Shown here piece by piece: positions 30,921 through 46,070 of a stretch of DNA of 64,000 nt (the first letter of the stretch is position 1; every line of letters starts with the position of its first letter). The position numbers were made by a program, and so were the translations under genes. The stretch is from the human T2T-CHM13v2.0 reference genome, Homo sapiens. Where the stretch lies: assembly GCF_009914755.1 (NCBI RefSeq), contig NC_060941.1. One strand, written 5' to 3'. The notes under the pieces were generated by a model, which was not told where the DNA came from, searched no databases, and worked only from the letters and a program-made list of their open reading frames with translations.

Positions 30921-31315
30921 AGGAAGACCTGCAGCTTGGGCTTGAGATTTCAACAGTCTGTGGCGGGGGCTGATGAGGGCGGCCCCTCCTCCTCCTGGAG
31001 TAATAATAGTCCCTGACATTTATCGAATGCTCTTCTCGTGCCAGACACTGTCCTGAGCACTTGACATGTATTAATGATTTTAAACCTCACAACAACCCTA
31101 TTAGGTACGTGTTATTTTCATCTTCATTTTATGGAATAGAAAACCACAGTTCCAGGAGAGAGAGTAATTTGCCCCAAGTCACCCAGTTAGGAAGTGGGAA
31201 GTGGAGACCCCGACCCTGAGTAGGCACTAAGGCGGGTGTGGTGGGATGGTTAGAGTCGGGCGCAACTCTACTCATGGTTCACAGCATTCAACTCTATGGG
31301 CCCTCAATTCTGCAG

Positions 31316-31374
31316 CTTTGGTTTACCATTTTTTGAGACTCGCTTACTCGTCTGGAAAGGAAATCTTTGCTAAG
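31316..31374 (+). other. Exon-like segment (A)LVYHFLRLAYSSGKEIFAK
   Basis: Acceptor ctcaattctgcag|, donor AAG|GTAATC; phase matches previous segment. Confidence 0.4.
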
Positions 31375-31409
31375 GTAATCATAACCTTGTATAATTTTTA
31401 AAGAGATGG

Positions 31410-31810
31410 AAAATGACAAACATCGCATATTCTCACTTATTTGTGGGATCTAAGAAAACAATTGAACTCCTGGAGATAGTGGAAGGATGGTTACCAGAGG
31501 CTGGGTAGTGGGGGGCCTGAGGGGGAGGTAGGGTGGTTAATGGGCACAAAAAAAAAAAAAATAGAAAAAACGAATAGGACCTAATATTTGATAGTACAAC
31601 AGGGGGACTATGGTCAATAATACTTTAATTGTACATTTTGAAACAACTAAGAGTATAATTGTATTGTTTGTAACACAAAGGATAAATGCTTGAGGGGATG
31701 GATACCCATTTTCCATGATATAATTCTTACACATTGCATGCCTGTACCAAAATATCTCATGTGCCTCATAAGTGTATACACCTACTATTTACCCACAAAC
31801 ATTTTTGAAA
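31410..31810 (+). mobile_element. L1MA-type 3' fragment
   Basis: CATATTCTCACTTATTTGTGGGATCTAA...GAGGGGATGGATACCCATTTTCCATGAT...TACTATTTACCCACAA. Confidence 0.8.
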
Positions 31811-32122
31811 AACCAAGGCGAAAAAGTGGGCACAGTGGGGCAGGGATGCTGGAGATTGTGTATCTCTCATCAGTTCATTTTTTCAGTTATATAGATGAGT
31901 ATGAGAGAGGTAAGGGACCCAACCACGTGCACAATCTCAGTGACAGCGCAAGAACTGGAACCCAGATTTCCTCACTCCCAGCCCAGTGCTTTCCCCCCGT
32001 GCTACATTCATTCTTTAATCATCCATTGACAGGATGGATTCTGTATGTGGGATGGAAGGTAATCACACACAGTGTGGCTTCAGAGGCTCCAGGCCCACCC
32101 TCTGACCAAAATATACATTTCC

Positions 32123-32425
32123 TTTTTTTTTTTTTTTTTTTTTTGAGACAGGGTTTTGCTCTGTTGCCCAGGCTGGAGTACAGTGACGCAATCTCGGCTC
32201 ACTGCAACCTCCACCTCTGGCTTCAAGCAATTCTTCTGCCTCAGCCTCCTGAGTAGCAGGGATTACAGGCACACTCTACCACACCCAGTTAATTTTTGTA
32301 TTTTTAGTAGAGATGGGGTTTCGCCATGTTGGCCAGGCTGGTCTCAAACTCCTGGCCTTTAGTGATCCGCCTGCCTCGACCTCCCAAAGTTCTGGGATTA
32401 CAGGTGTGAACCACCATGCCCGGCT
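32123..32425 (-). mobile_element. Alu
   Basis: Reverse dimer. Confidence 0.92.
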
Positions 32426-32577
32426 CAAAACATACTTTAAAAAAAACCTGGTGGCTGTTGCGTAAAATTCCACCATTAGTGGCTCATTTTATTCACTAAG
32501 ACTTTGATCCTATCCACTTAGGACCAGTAAGGCTTTTAACTGTTGGCCATCATTTCATGTGTATGTAATTGAGTTCT

Positions 32578-32900
32578 AAAGCAGCGCTACTCAAAGTGTG
32601 GTCCACAGACAGCAGCATCAGTATCATCTGCAAGCTTGTTAGAAACGCAGGTCATGGCTTTCACCCAGACCTACTGAGTCAGAATTGCCCTAGTTCTCAA
32701 ACTTCTGTGTATGTGCTTAACTTCTCATCTGAAGAGCTTATGAAAACACAATTTCCTGAGACAACTGTTCCCCACCTCAAACCCAGAGATTCTGATTCAG
32801 CAAGTCTGGGGAATGCACCCCAAAATTTGCATTTCTAACAGGCTCTCAGGTGATGCACCTGAGACCAGCTACTGCTGGTCTGGGGACTATACTTTCAGTA
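32578..32900. mobile_element. MER5-type DNA transposon fragments
   Basis: CTCAAAGTGTGGTCCACAGACAGCAGCATCAG...CCCAGACCTACTGAGTCAGAA; GAGATTCTGATTCAG...TTTGCATTTCTAACAGG. Confidence 0.7.
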
Positions 32901-33260
32901 GGACCTAAGGAGTTCCTGATAACAGATATTGGGGAGGGAGAAGAGGGAGAATGAGCACACTGAGGTAGAAGAAGGAAAGGTTATCACCAAGGGTGCAAAG
33001 GGTACAGAATATGAAGCCTTGGAGTCAAAAACTGCTGAGGGTGTGAGTGCACAATCACGTCTTTCCATTTGAATACATTCAAATATTTAGATCCTTAAGT
33101 GATTCAATACAATGCATGCATGTTTGTTAGCTGGATTTACTGAGCCTATGGTAAAATCTGCTCTTGCATCACCTTTTGCTGAGCCCTGCCTGTCTCAGTT
33201 ACAAATGAAAATCTTTCCAGTCCTCTCTGACCATCAGTTAGTTTTCCAATTTCATTCCAG

Positions 33261-33322
33261 AGTTAACTGCACTGTAGCAGCAGACAAAACTGGCCCGATG
33301 GCAGGAATACTGTTCCCCGATG
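33261..33322 (+). other. Exon-like segment VNCTVAADKTGPMAGILFPD
   Basis: Acceptor ttttccaatttcattccag|, donor ATG|GTATCA. Confidence 0.35.
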
Positions 33323-33689
33323 GTATCAGAGCCATCTGTATTTATGTTTGCTGTGTGACTGTCACTTGTATACAATCATGCAGAGACTCTGATATTAAGA
33401 CTTGGCCTGGAAATCACCCCCATGGCACAGCTCTGGTGGAAAAGGAAAAGGGGATTCAGTGGCAACCAGATATCAAACACAAATTACATTGCCCTTGTAC
33501 CAAAACAGGCATCTTTAAGAAATCATGTCTTCTGGTCTTCCTTTGCTATACTTCAGGTAATATGGTACCCAGAGGAACCCAGAGAGATAACAACCTCTTC
33601 TATTTGTAAAGACCACTTGTGAAGGAAACTCCATAACCTCCCTGTGGTGGAGTGTATTATTGCTCAGCAAACATTCATTCTTCTCTATT

Positions 33690-34030
33690 TCCCTCCGTTG
33701 GGGGAGCAAACTTCCCCACTCCATTGATGATGGGTCTAGCCATGTGACTTGTTTTAGCCAATGGAATGTAAACAGAGGCTTTAACTCTACTTGCTTGGTT
33801 AAGCTTGGTCTCTTGCACCTCTACCCTTTGCCACGAGAAGAGCATGCCCTTGTCACTTCGGCCTGAGTCCCAGAATGAGAAGTTACATGGAGCAGACCTG
33901 AACAAGATTCACAACCTGAACAGAATCACTGCAGCCAATCCACAAACCTGTGAGCAAAAAATAAATGTTATAAATTTCTGAGATTTTAGATTAGTTGTTA
34001 TGCAGCATTATTTTAGTAAAGTTGACTGAT
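33690..34030 (+). mobile_element. Old MLT1-type LTR
   Basis: GCCATGTGACTTGTTTTAGCCAATGGAATG...AATAAATGTT...TTGTTATGCAGCATTA. Confidence 0.6.
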
Positions 34031-34391
34031 ACACTCCCTCAGGTACCTGTTCCACTGAACTTTTGCTGCAAAGTTCTTCATTGTGTCTAACCTAAATCCG
34101 TCATACATTAATGTAAAGATCTATCTCATTTGTGGTCCAAATGAGGGATCACTAGATTACATCTTTGATTCTAAATGTCCAAATCTAGCTTGAATTGTTT
34201 ACTATATATTTAGATGAATAAAATAGAGGTGCATTCAGGGAATTATTTGCATTTACAAAGTATCATCTATGGTTTTCCTTATTGGAGCTATTAGAAGGTG
34301 GGTCCTTAAGAAGTGATCGTCTTCAGGAACCAGAAAAGTAGCAATGGGAGAGATGAGAGTTTGGAAGCCTAATTAAAATATTATAGAACTG

Positions 34392-34684
<293 letters not shown>

Positions 34685-34828
34685 GTCATAGAACTGCCTT
34701 ATTTTCTCTTATCTTTCTTTCCTAGCAGTTTATAAATTATTTATTTCCTAGCAATTTGCAATTATTTTATTTGCCTATTTTCTTTCTTTTTATTTGTCTG
34801 TCTCCCCCATTAGAAAGTGTTTCCATAA

Positions 34829-35062
<234 letters not shown>

Positions 35063-35187
35063 TAAATAAATTCTTTCTAATAAGGGCATGTCACTAGAGC
35101 AGGTAAGGGGGAAATAATGAAAAAGAGATAGGATTTACAGTCTAAACATCTGGCTTCTACACTATGTGATCTTAGATAGTTCAGTGG

Positions 35188-35548
35188 TGTCTTACTCTGC
35201 TCCAGCTGCTGTAACAAAATACCATAGACTAGGTGGCTTATAAACAGCAGAAATTTATTTCTTACAATTCTGAAGGCTGGGAAGTCCAAGATCAAGGTGC
35301 TGGCAGATTTGGTGGCTGGTAAAGGCCTGCTTCTTCATAGGTAGTGCCTTCTTGCTGTGTCCTCACATGGTGGGAAGAGCAAGCTAACTCTCTGGGACCA
35401 CCTCTTTTATGAGGGCACTAATCCCATTCACGAGGTCTCTACCATTAGGACCTAATCCCTTCCCGAAGGTCCCATCCTATACCATCACCTTGGGGGCTAG
35501 GATTTAATATATGAATTTGGGGGAAACATAAAGATTCACTCCATTGTA
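35188..35548 (-). mobile_element. MaLR LTR (MLT1A/MST-type)
   Basis: AAATACCATAGACTAGGTGGCTTATAAACAGCAGAAATTTATTTCTTACAATTCTGAAGGCTGGGAAGTCCAAGATCAAGG. Confidence 0.8.
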
Positions 35549-35656
35549 AATGGGCACCTAATTGTGAAAAACTTTGAATCATAATAATACTCAGTCAATG
35601 GAGAGCCACTGAGTAATTTTGAGCTGTGGAAGGACCGATCAAGACAGCATCTTGAT

Positions 35657-35856
<200 letters not shown>

Positions 35857-36207
35857 TTAGCAGAGAGAGGGAGCAGTTAGAAGGTAATTTCAAGGTGAAG
35901 GAATAAGGGCCTAAAGTGTGGGGTGGCAGTGGGAGTGAAAAGGAATGAGATTTGGATGGATGGAAGATTCAATAGTTCTATCACCTGATGGGAAAGGGAG
36001 GCAGGAGAGAGAGGGTGCCTAAGGAAGCGCCATGATTTTATACCTGTATAGCTGAAATAATAGAAATGCTCTTAATAGATACATGGAAGTTGGAGAAGAG
36101 GCCAGCTGTGTTTGGGAGAAATGATAATGTATTTTAGACAATAGAATTTAGACAATGGCTGGTTATGAAGCGAAAATGCCTAGCCCTTAGGTAGAAATTC
36201 AGGACTA

Positions 36208-36520
36208 GGCCAGGCACAGTGGATCATGCCTGTAAGTCCCAGCACTTTGGGCGGCCAAGTAGGGTGGATTGCTTGAGTCCAGGAGTTCAAGACCAACCTG
36301 GGAAACATGGCAAAGCCCGGCTTTACTAAAAATACAAAAACTTAGCTGGGCATGGTGGTGCGCACCTGTAATCCCAGCTACTCGGGAGGCTGAGGTGAGA
36401 GAATCACCTGAGCCCAGAAGGTCAAGGCTGCAGTGAGCTGAAGTCACACCACTGCACTCCAGCCTGGGGGATCAGAGTGAGACCCTGCCTCACAAAAAGA
36501 AAGAATAGAAAGAAAGAAAT
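36208..36520 (+). mobile_element. AluJ-like
   Basis: Dimer; TSD AGAAATTCAGGACTA. Confidence 0.92.
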
Positions 36521-36739
36521 TCAGGACTACACCTTCAGAGAGAAGTCAGAACAGAAAACCGCTTGTGGTCATTGGACTCATGGAGGTGACAGGTATAGGA
36601 AGAGAAAAGCCAGAGACTGAAGCCAGCTTGGCACACTGCCTAGTTAGCAAGGGCAGGTGGGGGAAGCCGTGGCTGGTGAAAGGGATAGAGAAACAAAATC
36701 AGCAGAGGGTCTCAGAAGCCAAGAAAAGGGAGAATTTTG

Positions 36740-36828
36740 TGGGGTTTTTTTTTGTTTGTTTGTTTGCTTGCTTTGGTTTTTGTTTGTTTGATTGCTGGGA
36801 TTACAAGCATGAGCCACTGCACCTGGCT
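36740..36828 (-). mobile_element. Alu remnant (5' ~37 nt plus tail)
   Basis: Flanked by 15-bp TSD AAAGGGAGAATTTTG. Confidence 0.75.
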
Positions 36829-38043
36829 GGAAAGGGAGAATTTTGATGTCCAGCCCTGTCTTCTCTGCGACCAGCATTGGCTGTCAGACTTCTTAGGGAG
36901 CTCTCCTGTAGGAGCAGAGCGTAACATCCTTTAACCAGACTGTGTTGTCTCTAACCACCTGGGTGGCTGAGGGAGTCCCAAGGCTTTGTGAGCCTTTGAA
37001 AGAAAAATCCAGGGAAGGGAAAATGGAGAAATATAATCAATAACAACAGCCTCGTTTTTTCCACTTCATATGCAGGAAGCAGTCCAGGGCTGTAGCTGCT
37101 GCTATGCTGGGTGTACTCTGGATATTCAAAAGGTCATCTGGCATAGAGACAGGCTAAATTATGGCTGGAGTGTATGAATCTGAGGAGGTTCTCCATTAAC
37201 ATTTATTAGGAATTGTCATCACTTCAACTCGAATGGGCCCCAGATGTGGAAACCCCGGCTGCCCCAGACTTCTCTTCTGGGCTGCAATCTCTCCTCTGAT
37301 TTATTGTTATTAAACATGACCAGATTTTGTAGAGGGGAAAATTGAAGAAAGCAACACACGCATGGGGAACCATTGGGTGGAGGCTGCCAAGAGAAAAACA
37401 AACCATTTTATAATTTCTGGTGGCAGTGGGAACACATGGAGATGAGAGCTATTGTTACGAGGCTCCATAGAGCCTATTTCCTAAATCAAAAAGACACAAG
37501 CCTCAACTTCCAGGCAGTCTGTTTGAAGGGCAAATGTCCTAACCCTGAGGATGAGAGAGGGGCAGTTGAAGACAATGAGAAAGGCTAAGAATAGAGAGTT
37601 AGTGCTTAGAATTTGGGAAGCCATGGCAGGGATCCTCTTCCTTAAAATATATTACCTTACAGGGTGGATGGCTTCCTGGGAGTCATCACACCCCCACTGG
37701 ATGTTAGGTCATTATGCTTATCAATAATATTTACTCTCTCATTGTGTAAATATTGCAAGGGATACCAAGAAGTCAAAATTAGAGTCCCACCTTCTGGTGA
37801 TCTATTTCCTGTCTTTACTCAACATAATTTTATGAAGCACATCCTAGGTATCAGGCACTGCTGAAAGTGTTGAGGGAATATTAGTAAATGAAAGAGACAA
37901 AGACTCTCTCAGAGTGCTCTCTGAGCACTCACAAATCTGTAGGGGACAAACTCAGGAAGTAATTAAAATTAGCTACTAGACAAAAGTGTATAAAAGGAAG
38001 GCAGCTTAAAGAAAGACACCGTGTTAAGAGTCAGAACACCTGA

Positions 38044-38460
<417 letters not shown>

Positions 38461-38806
38461 TAGTAATAAACCTGCCCTAACTATCTCACAGGTTTGTGTA
38501 AAAATTAAATGTGGTAATGTAGTCAAAGAGTTCCTTATAAACTAAATTGCTCTATGGCGTCAGGTTTGTAAGTGCCAAATAAATGGAAAGGTGGGTGTTA
38601 TGGGATGGTTCATTTGCTTGCCAGGAACCTGGGGACACATCCTCTTCCGCTTTCTTTCAGGAAAAGGGGCAAGCAGGACTATCCCCAGGCCACCAGATAC
38701 ATGCCCCTTGGGGAGTCATTTACTAGTAGGGTCTGAATATCTGGTGCTGACTTCACTAGCAAGCCATCACTGGGAAGCCCTCCCTTACTGTGGCTCCTGT
38801 TCTTAG

Positions 38807-38842
38807 AACAGTGCATGGAAATTATCCCATGTGGGAACTATG
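38807..38842 (+). other. Exon-like segment NSAWKLSHVGTM (36 nt; all three frames open)
   Basis: Acceptor ctcctgttcttag|, consensus donor ATG|GTAAGT. Confidence 0.45.
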
Positions 38843-38919
38843 GTAAGTGAACATAGATAATGAGGAAAGTCTCAGAAGGGCTACATCTAATTATTGTTCT
38901 TGCATTGTCCTCCTTTCAG

Positions 38920-39328
38920 AAAATTGTCTACATTCCTGCCTGGGCATGGTGGCTCATGCCTGTAATCCAGCACTTTGGGAGGCCGAGGTGGGCGAGTCAC
39001 TTGAGTCAGGAGTTCGAGACCAGCCTGGCCAACATGGTGAAACCCTGCCTCTACTAAAAATACAAAAAATTAGCTGAGCATGGTGGTGCATGACTGTAAT
39101 CCCAGCTACTTGGGAGGCTGGGTCAGGAGAATCGCTTTAACTGGGAGGTGGAGGTTGCAGTGAGCCAAGATCACGCCACTGCACTCCAGAGTGGGAAACA
39201 GAGCAAGACTCCACCTCAAAAAGAAGAAGGAGAAGGAGAAGGAGATTATCTACATTCCTGAGGAGGAGAAGTTGTACTTAAACTACCTTGATCCAACTTC
39301 CAGCTTTACAATCATTGCCCCCCACCAT
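38920..39328 (+). pseudogene. Exon-like segment [29 protein letters not shown] split by an Alu
   Basis: Strong acceptor tgtcctcctttcag|; removing the Alu and one 16-bp TSD copy restores an open frame. Confidence 0.45.
38938..39244 (+). mobile_element. Alu (S-type)
   Basis: Dimer; TSD ATTGTCTACATTCCTG / ATTATCTACATTCCTG. Confidence 0.93.
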
Positions 39329-40027
39329 GCATATATCATACATATATACCTGCTAGCATGAATACCTGCATCATATCTAGAATTAATGGGAATAGTCATA
39401 GGGCCAATCTTTCTTATATCAAGCAAGCTGAACAAGGGTCCAAGGGATAAGGCCACAGCTACTTCCTCCTGCTTTAGAACAGAGCTAAATAAACCTGTTC
39501 CTAAGTCTTGTGAGTTATTGCATCCTTGCCTTATAAGGAATGAAGACTTAACCTGCTTCCTGGCAGTCATTACTAACTGAGTGAAGATTCCCATTAATCC
39601 AGAAATGGGAGCCTCTCTGGCTTGCATATGTCCAGGAATGGACATACCACCCACAGTTTTACTCCTGGTGGCCAATCGGTCCCGCACACAAACACAGGCA
39701 CATCTTTTATTTAATGCTCAAGATTTGTGAACAACTCCCAGCACTGTGCCTTCCAAAGGGCTTGCATTAAGTGCTGGTGAAGGAGCAGGGACCTCTATCA
39801 TGGCCAGAGCCAGTCAATAATGACACCCTGGCAGCTCTCAAAGGTGCACGAGTGGAATGGCCATTGAGCTACTCCATGCAATGAAAAGTTCTAATGGGGA
39901 GTGGGGACACTTCTCTCCCCAGTCCCATCCCATGGCTTGGCTGAAAATTTTTTTCTTTTGGGAGATCACTGGCTTTCTCCAGCAACCTTGACTATAAGGA
40001 TGAGGATGAGGAGAAAAAATAAGAACT

Positions 40028-40328
40028 GCCGAGTGTGGTGGCTCACGCCTGTAATCCCAGCACTTTGGGAGGCTGAGGTGGGTGGATCACAAAGTCAGGA
40101 GTTCAAAACCAGCCTGGCCAAGATGGTGAAATCCCGTTTCTACTAAAAATACAAAAGAAAAAAAAATTAGCCAGGCGTGGTGGCGAGTGCCTGTAATCCC
40201 AGCTACTGGTGAGGCTAAGGCAGAGAATTGCTTGAACCAGGGAGGCAGAGGTCACAGTGAGCCGAGATCATGCCACTGCACTCCAGCCTTTGCAACAGAG
40301 TGAGACTCTGTCTCAAAAAAAAAAAAAG
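40028..40328 (+). mobile_element. Alu
   Basis: Dimer. Confidence 0.92.
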
Positions 40329-40659
40329 TACACAGGGGAGGTTGTGGGGAATTTGGAATATTCCCTAAGGATTTCCTCCATTGAAGAGGTCTGCTTTAAA
40401 GTACTGGGGGTCCACAAACTCACCCCATTTCCAGCTTGGCCTTGGGAGAAGAGGAGGACAGAGAACAGAATTCTGGATTGTTACTAGGTAGTTGGGCTGC
40501 ATCAGGAAGACATTTTGGTAGAAGGAGAGGAAAGAGAGGTAGGAAGTGGGAAGGGAAGCACTAAGGGTTTTTTTTTTGACCCTGATCCCCTTAGCTAGAC
40601 AAGCTCAGTGGGGCTTAGGATGGAGGTCAGGGATAGCCTAAGATCCTGTTACTGAAAGG

Positions 40660-40790
40660 GTAGTCTCCAGCCAGCAGCATCAGCATCACCTGGCTCTTAG
40701 GCTTCACCCCAGACCTACTGAATCAGAAACTGCATTTTAATCCCTAGGTGATAAGTATGTCCAATAAAATTTCAGAAGCATTAGCCTAGA
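40660..40790 (+). mobile_element. MER5A fragment
   Basis: CCAGCAGCATCAGCATCACCTGG...CCCCAGACCTACTGAATCAGAAACTGCATTTTAA. Confidence 0.7.
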
Positions 40791-40829
40791 TGCTTCAATG
40801 GGAATAACTTCTTGCAGTGAGCTATTGAG

Positions 40830-41725
<896 letters not shown>

Positions 41726-42071
41726 AGGTACCCTGGAGAACAGAACCAGAAAGAATTCTTGCTCTTGGCTAGGGAATTGACCTAGATGAGTATTTTCAAT
41801 TAAAGAATCTTTGAGATCGAAATAACCATTTTTCAATTCAGCATGTTATTTCTTCGTGAATCTTGTTTTTAGAAATGAAAAATATATCACAGAAGCACTT
41901 GGCACTTTCTCCAACATGCCTCAGCTTCTGTGCTCCGGCCTGCCTGAGTGCAGGTGCAAGTGCAGGTCACAAGGAGGGAAGTGAAGCTGCCACATTCTTG
42001 CTCATGAGCACTGATTGTTAAACTGTCAAGAATTTTGCAAAAATAAATTGTTTTTAAAAAGAACTAAAATT

Positions 42072-42377
<306 letters not shown>

Positions 42378-42403
42378 CTAAAATGGTATAAAGTTACAAT
42401 AAA

Positions 42404-42438
42404 TTATATGTATATATATACAAACATATATATTTATG

Positions 42439-42468
<30 letters not shown>
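42404..42468. repeat. (TA)n/(CA)n microsatellite
   Basis: TATATGTATATATATA...CACACACACACACACACACATATATATA. Confidence 0.85.
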
Positions 42469-42469
<1 letters not shown>

Positions 42470-42470
42470 G

Positions 42471-42726
42471 TTTTTTTGAGACTGAGTCTCATTCTGTCAC
42501 CCTTGAACCTCCCAGGTTCAAGCGATTCTCATGCCTCAGCCTCCCAAGTAGCTGAGATTACAGGTGTGTGACAAAATGCCTGGCTAATTTTTGTATTTTT
42601 ATTAGAGACGGAGTTTTGCCATGTTGGCCAGGCTGGTCTTGAACTCCTGACCTCAAATGATCCTCCCGCCTCAGCCTCCCAAAGTACTGGGATTATAGGT
42701 GTGAGCCACCGTGCCTATACGTGGCC
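42471..42726 (-). mobile_element. Alu with internal deletion
   Basis: Reverse dimer missing part of the right arm. Confidence 0.88.
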
Positions 42727-43353
42727 CAAATTATATTAAAAGAAAAAAAGATACTAAATATCATCACTTCCTAATTATTTTGCTAAATTTCATTGCTATC
42801 TAACCTTTTAGGGTTATTTATGTCTGGTGTACCTAGGTGGTAGAAACACTATAACTGCACATCTCTTCCTAATCCTGTTTTCAATGATGTCATGAAGAAA
42901 GTTGAAATCAGGCATGGTGGAATTATTTACACCAAGGAAATAGACGAATGCAACAAATCAGGACTTAACTTTTTTTCTGGAAAGCTGTTTGTTAAATATT
43001 TTCCAGGAGAAAGGGAATCCTTTGAGATGATCATGTTATTTGGACTTGTGTGGTTTTAAGGGAGATCCATATGCTTGGTTTCTATTGTGAGAAAGCAAAG
43101 TGCAATAGACTTGGCACTGGACTAGAAAGGACAAACTAAACTGTTCTCTCTAAACAGGAGTGAAGGTTAGTTCTCTTTGGCTTCTTAGGACAGGATGGAT
43201 TAAGTAGACCTTTTAGCATGGGGAGATGTGTATTATATTAATAAATAGCTTTCTTTCACAGTTGTTTGTTTAAAATCTCTGAAAGTACTTTACATCTATG
43301 ACCTCTTTCATCTATCAAGTATCTGAGTGACCAAGGAAAGAAGCAATAAAGAT

Positions 43354-43686
<333 letters not shown>

Positions 43687-44391
43687 TAAGTGACCTTTTT
43701 AACCTCAAAAACTGAGGCCCAGAAGGGCAACGCACTACAGTATCCAGAGCCCTCCTCCAACAGCTGTCACTTGTGTGACCTTGAGCAAGTTGTCCATATT
43801 TTCTGAGCCTGTATCTTCATCTGTGAAAAGTTATAGGGGAAATAAATGAAAGAATATGTGTAAATCACCAGATTTTGTGATTGATGTTCTAAAAATTGTG
43901 AGTTTAATAGATATACTCAAAGATTTTGTAGGGGAGAAAGAGAGAGCTTACATTATGCAGCACAGACAACTTGAAGGGGCACAATGGGCATCATTGTTGT
44001 TAAACACCCATTTGTCAATCCAACGGTATGGAGTTTCACTTCTCCCTTCTCCACACCTGGCCTCTCTCCATCCCGTTGGTGCCTTGCTCCTCCTCCTCTT
44101 TTTTCTCTTCTCTCTCTCATGCAGAGCAATATTCTCCCTTCTCTGAAGTTGTGAGCACATCTGCCATGTGTTAAGCACATCAAGGCATTCTTCTAAGCAG
44201 AATTCCCTTCCTAAGAGAAATTCTGTTAGTAAAGTTGTTACTTTATTATACATACGGAATCATTTGCAAAGGGTATTCCCATTCACTATTTCCTTTGAAT
44301 CTCAGAGCCACCCTGTGGCAAGAATTACAATTATAACCACTTTACATTGGGAGATACCGAAGCTTAGGGAATTGCTCAGGGTCATAACTTA

Positions 44392-44706
<315 letters not shown>

Positions 44707-45619
44707 GACTGAGGCAGGAATTGAACCTGGCAAGGTACCTCACAGCATGCTGGTCGTGCTTCCTCACTCTTCAGAGGCAGCATGTTCTAGTTGGCCTCCT
44801 GAAGGAAACTACTAATTTTGTTTTCTCTGCCATTCAGTGAGCATCTAGATTGAGAGCCCCACATAGGTCACTTCCTGAGCAAGATGTCAGGAGCTGGGTT
44901 AGGGTTGTAATTCCTTTCCTAGCTTGTTGTACAGCCTCGAGCAAGGAGAAGATTTGAGAGGCAGAAAGGTAGCGCGTTGGGAAAAAATGCTATGTTCCAG
45001 GCATTATATGCTAGAACTTTACATTGATTACTTCATCTAATCTTCACTAGAATTCTGTGTGAGATAGCATCAATATTTTAATTTTAAGTAAAATTAAATT
45101 GTGGAAACTGAGGCTCAAAGAGCTGATGAAATTTGTTCATGGTCATACGGATAAGAAATGATGGAGATGGGATTTGAATCTTTGTCTCTGGGACTCTAAA
45201 TTCTATCTGCATTTCCTCATGTCATGTTGTCCCTCTGGGCCTTGGGGCCTTTTTAAAATGTAAATCCAGGCAACTAACTCCTCTGAATCCCACCTCACAT
45301 GTCTGTCAACTGCTGGATTATGTTCCTAATCCGGCAGGGGTCGCAAGGCTGGGAAACCTTCATGCCACTATCAATCTTCTCCCCAGTTCAGAGGTCAGAG
45401 GCTCTCTTTACTCCAGCCCCCTCCTCCACCTCTGGGATGGGGCCACATTTCACCTGAGGATTAACAGCCACACCTCTCTACTTCTGCGGAGGATAGAGGG
45501 CGACTATGAAGGATGGTGTGTCTCCCCACCCACATCTCATACCTAGCCTGGGGCGGACTGTTCATTAGGGGCAGGCAGGGAGGAGGCGAACCAAGATAGC
45601 ACAGAGATCCATCAAGGTG

Positions 45620-46070
45620 CCAAGCTGACAGGTGCACACACCTGTTTCTAGCCAGAGGAGCTAGAGGCCAGTGGGAACCTGCCTCATAGGAGAGGACTTT
45701 GTCTGGAAAGAGAAGGGAGGAAGAAAAAACAACAACAGCAACTGAGAGTGGATCACTCTAATTACATGGCTCTAAATCACCGAGAAGAACCTTGGCTCAA
45801 ACATCCAAGTGGTGGAGGATGGATTTTTACCTTGACTCCCGCTAATTTTCATTGATTTATGGGGCTTGAAAGCATTTATTTTCTGCTCAGAGGCAGCCCA
45901 GCTCCTGCTAAGGAGGTGCAGGACTCCCCTAAATGCTGTCACCATGGAGAGGCGAGCAGCAGAGGTGGCTCTCAGGGCAACAGCTACATTTCCTGCTCAG
46001 TTCCAGTTGCTACCTAAGAGCTGGGAGGGTCCAATGGGAGCTGCTGGCCCTGCTGTGACAGCCTCCCCAC
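45620..46070. promoter_or_regulatory. HOX/PBX/MEIS motif cluster
   Basis: TGATTTATGG 45853-45862, TAAATCA 45773-45779, TAATTA ~45759, several TGACAG/CTGTCA. Confidence 0.4.

Noticed and set aside
26901-31374. Faint resemblance of the exon chain to metaxin-2 (the gene 3' of HOXD1)
   Set aside because: Two short, non-colinear look-alike patches only; not convincing without a profile search
31887-31909. 23-nt segment with strong acceptor and GAG|GTAAGG donor
   Set aside because: Lies within MIR-derived sequence and has two stops in the required frame; excluded from the exon chain
33112-33609. 165-aa + strand ORF as a single-exon gene
   Set aside because: No homologue recognised; better explained as two exon-like segments sharing a frame across an intron-like gap
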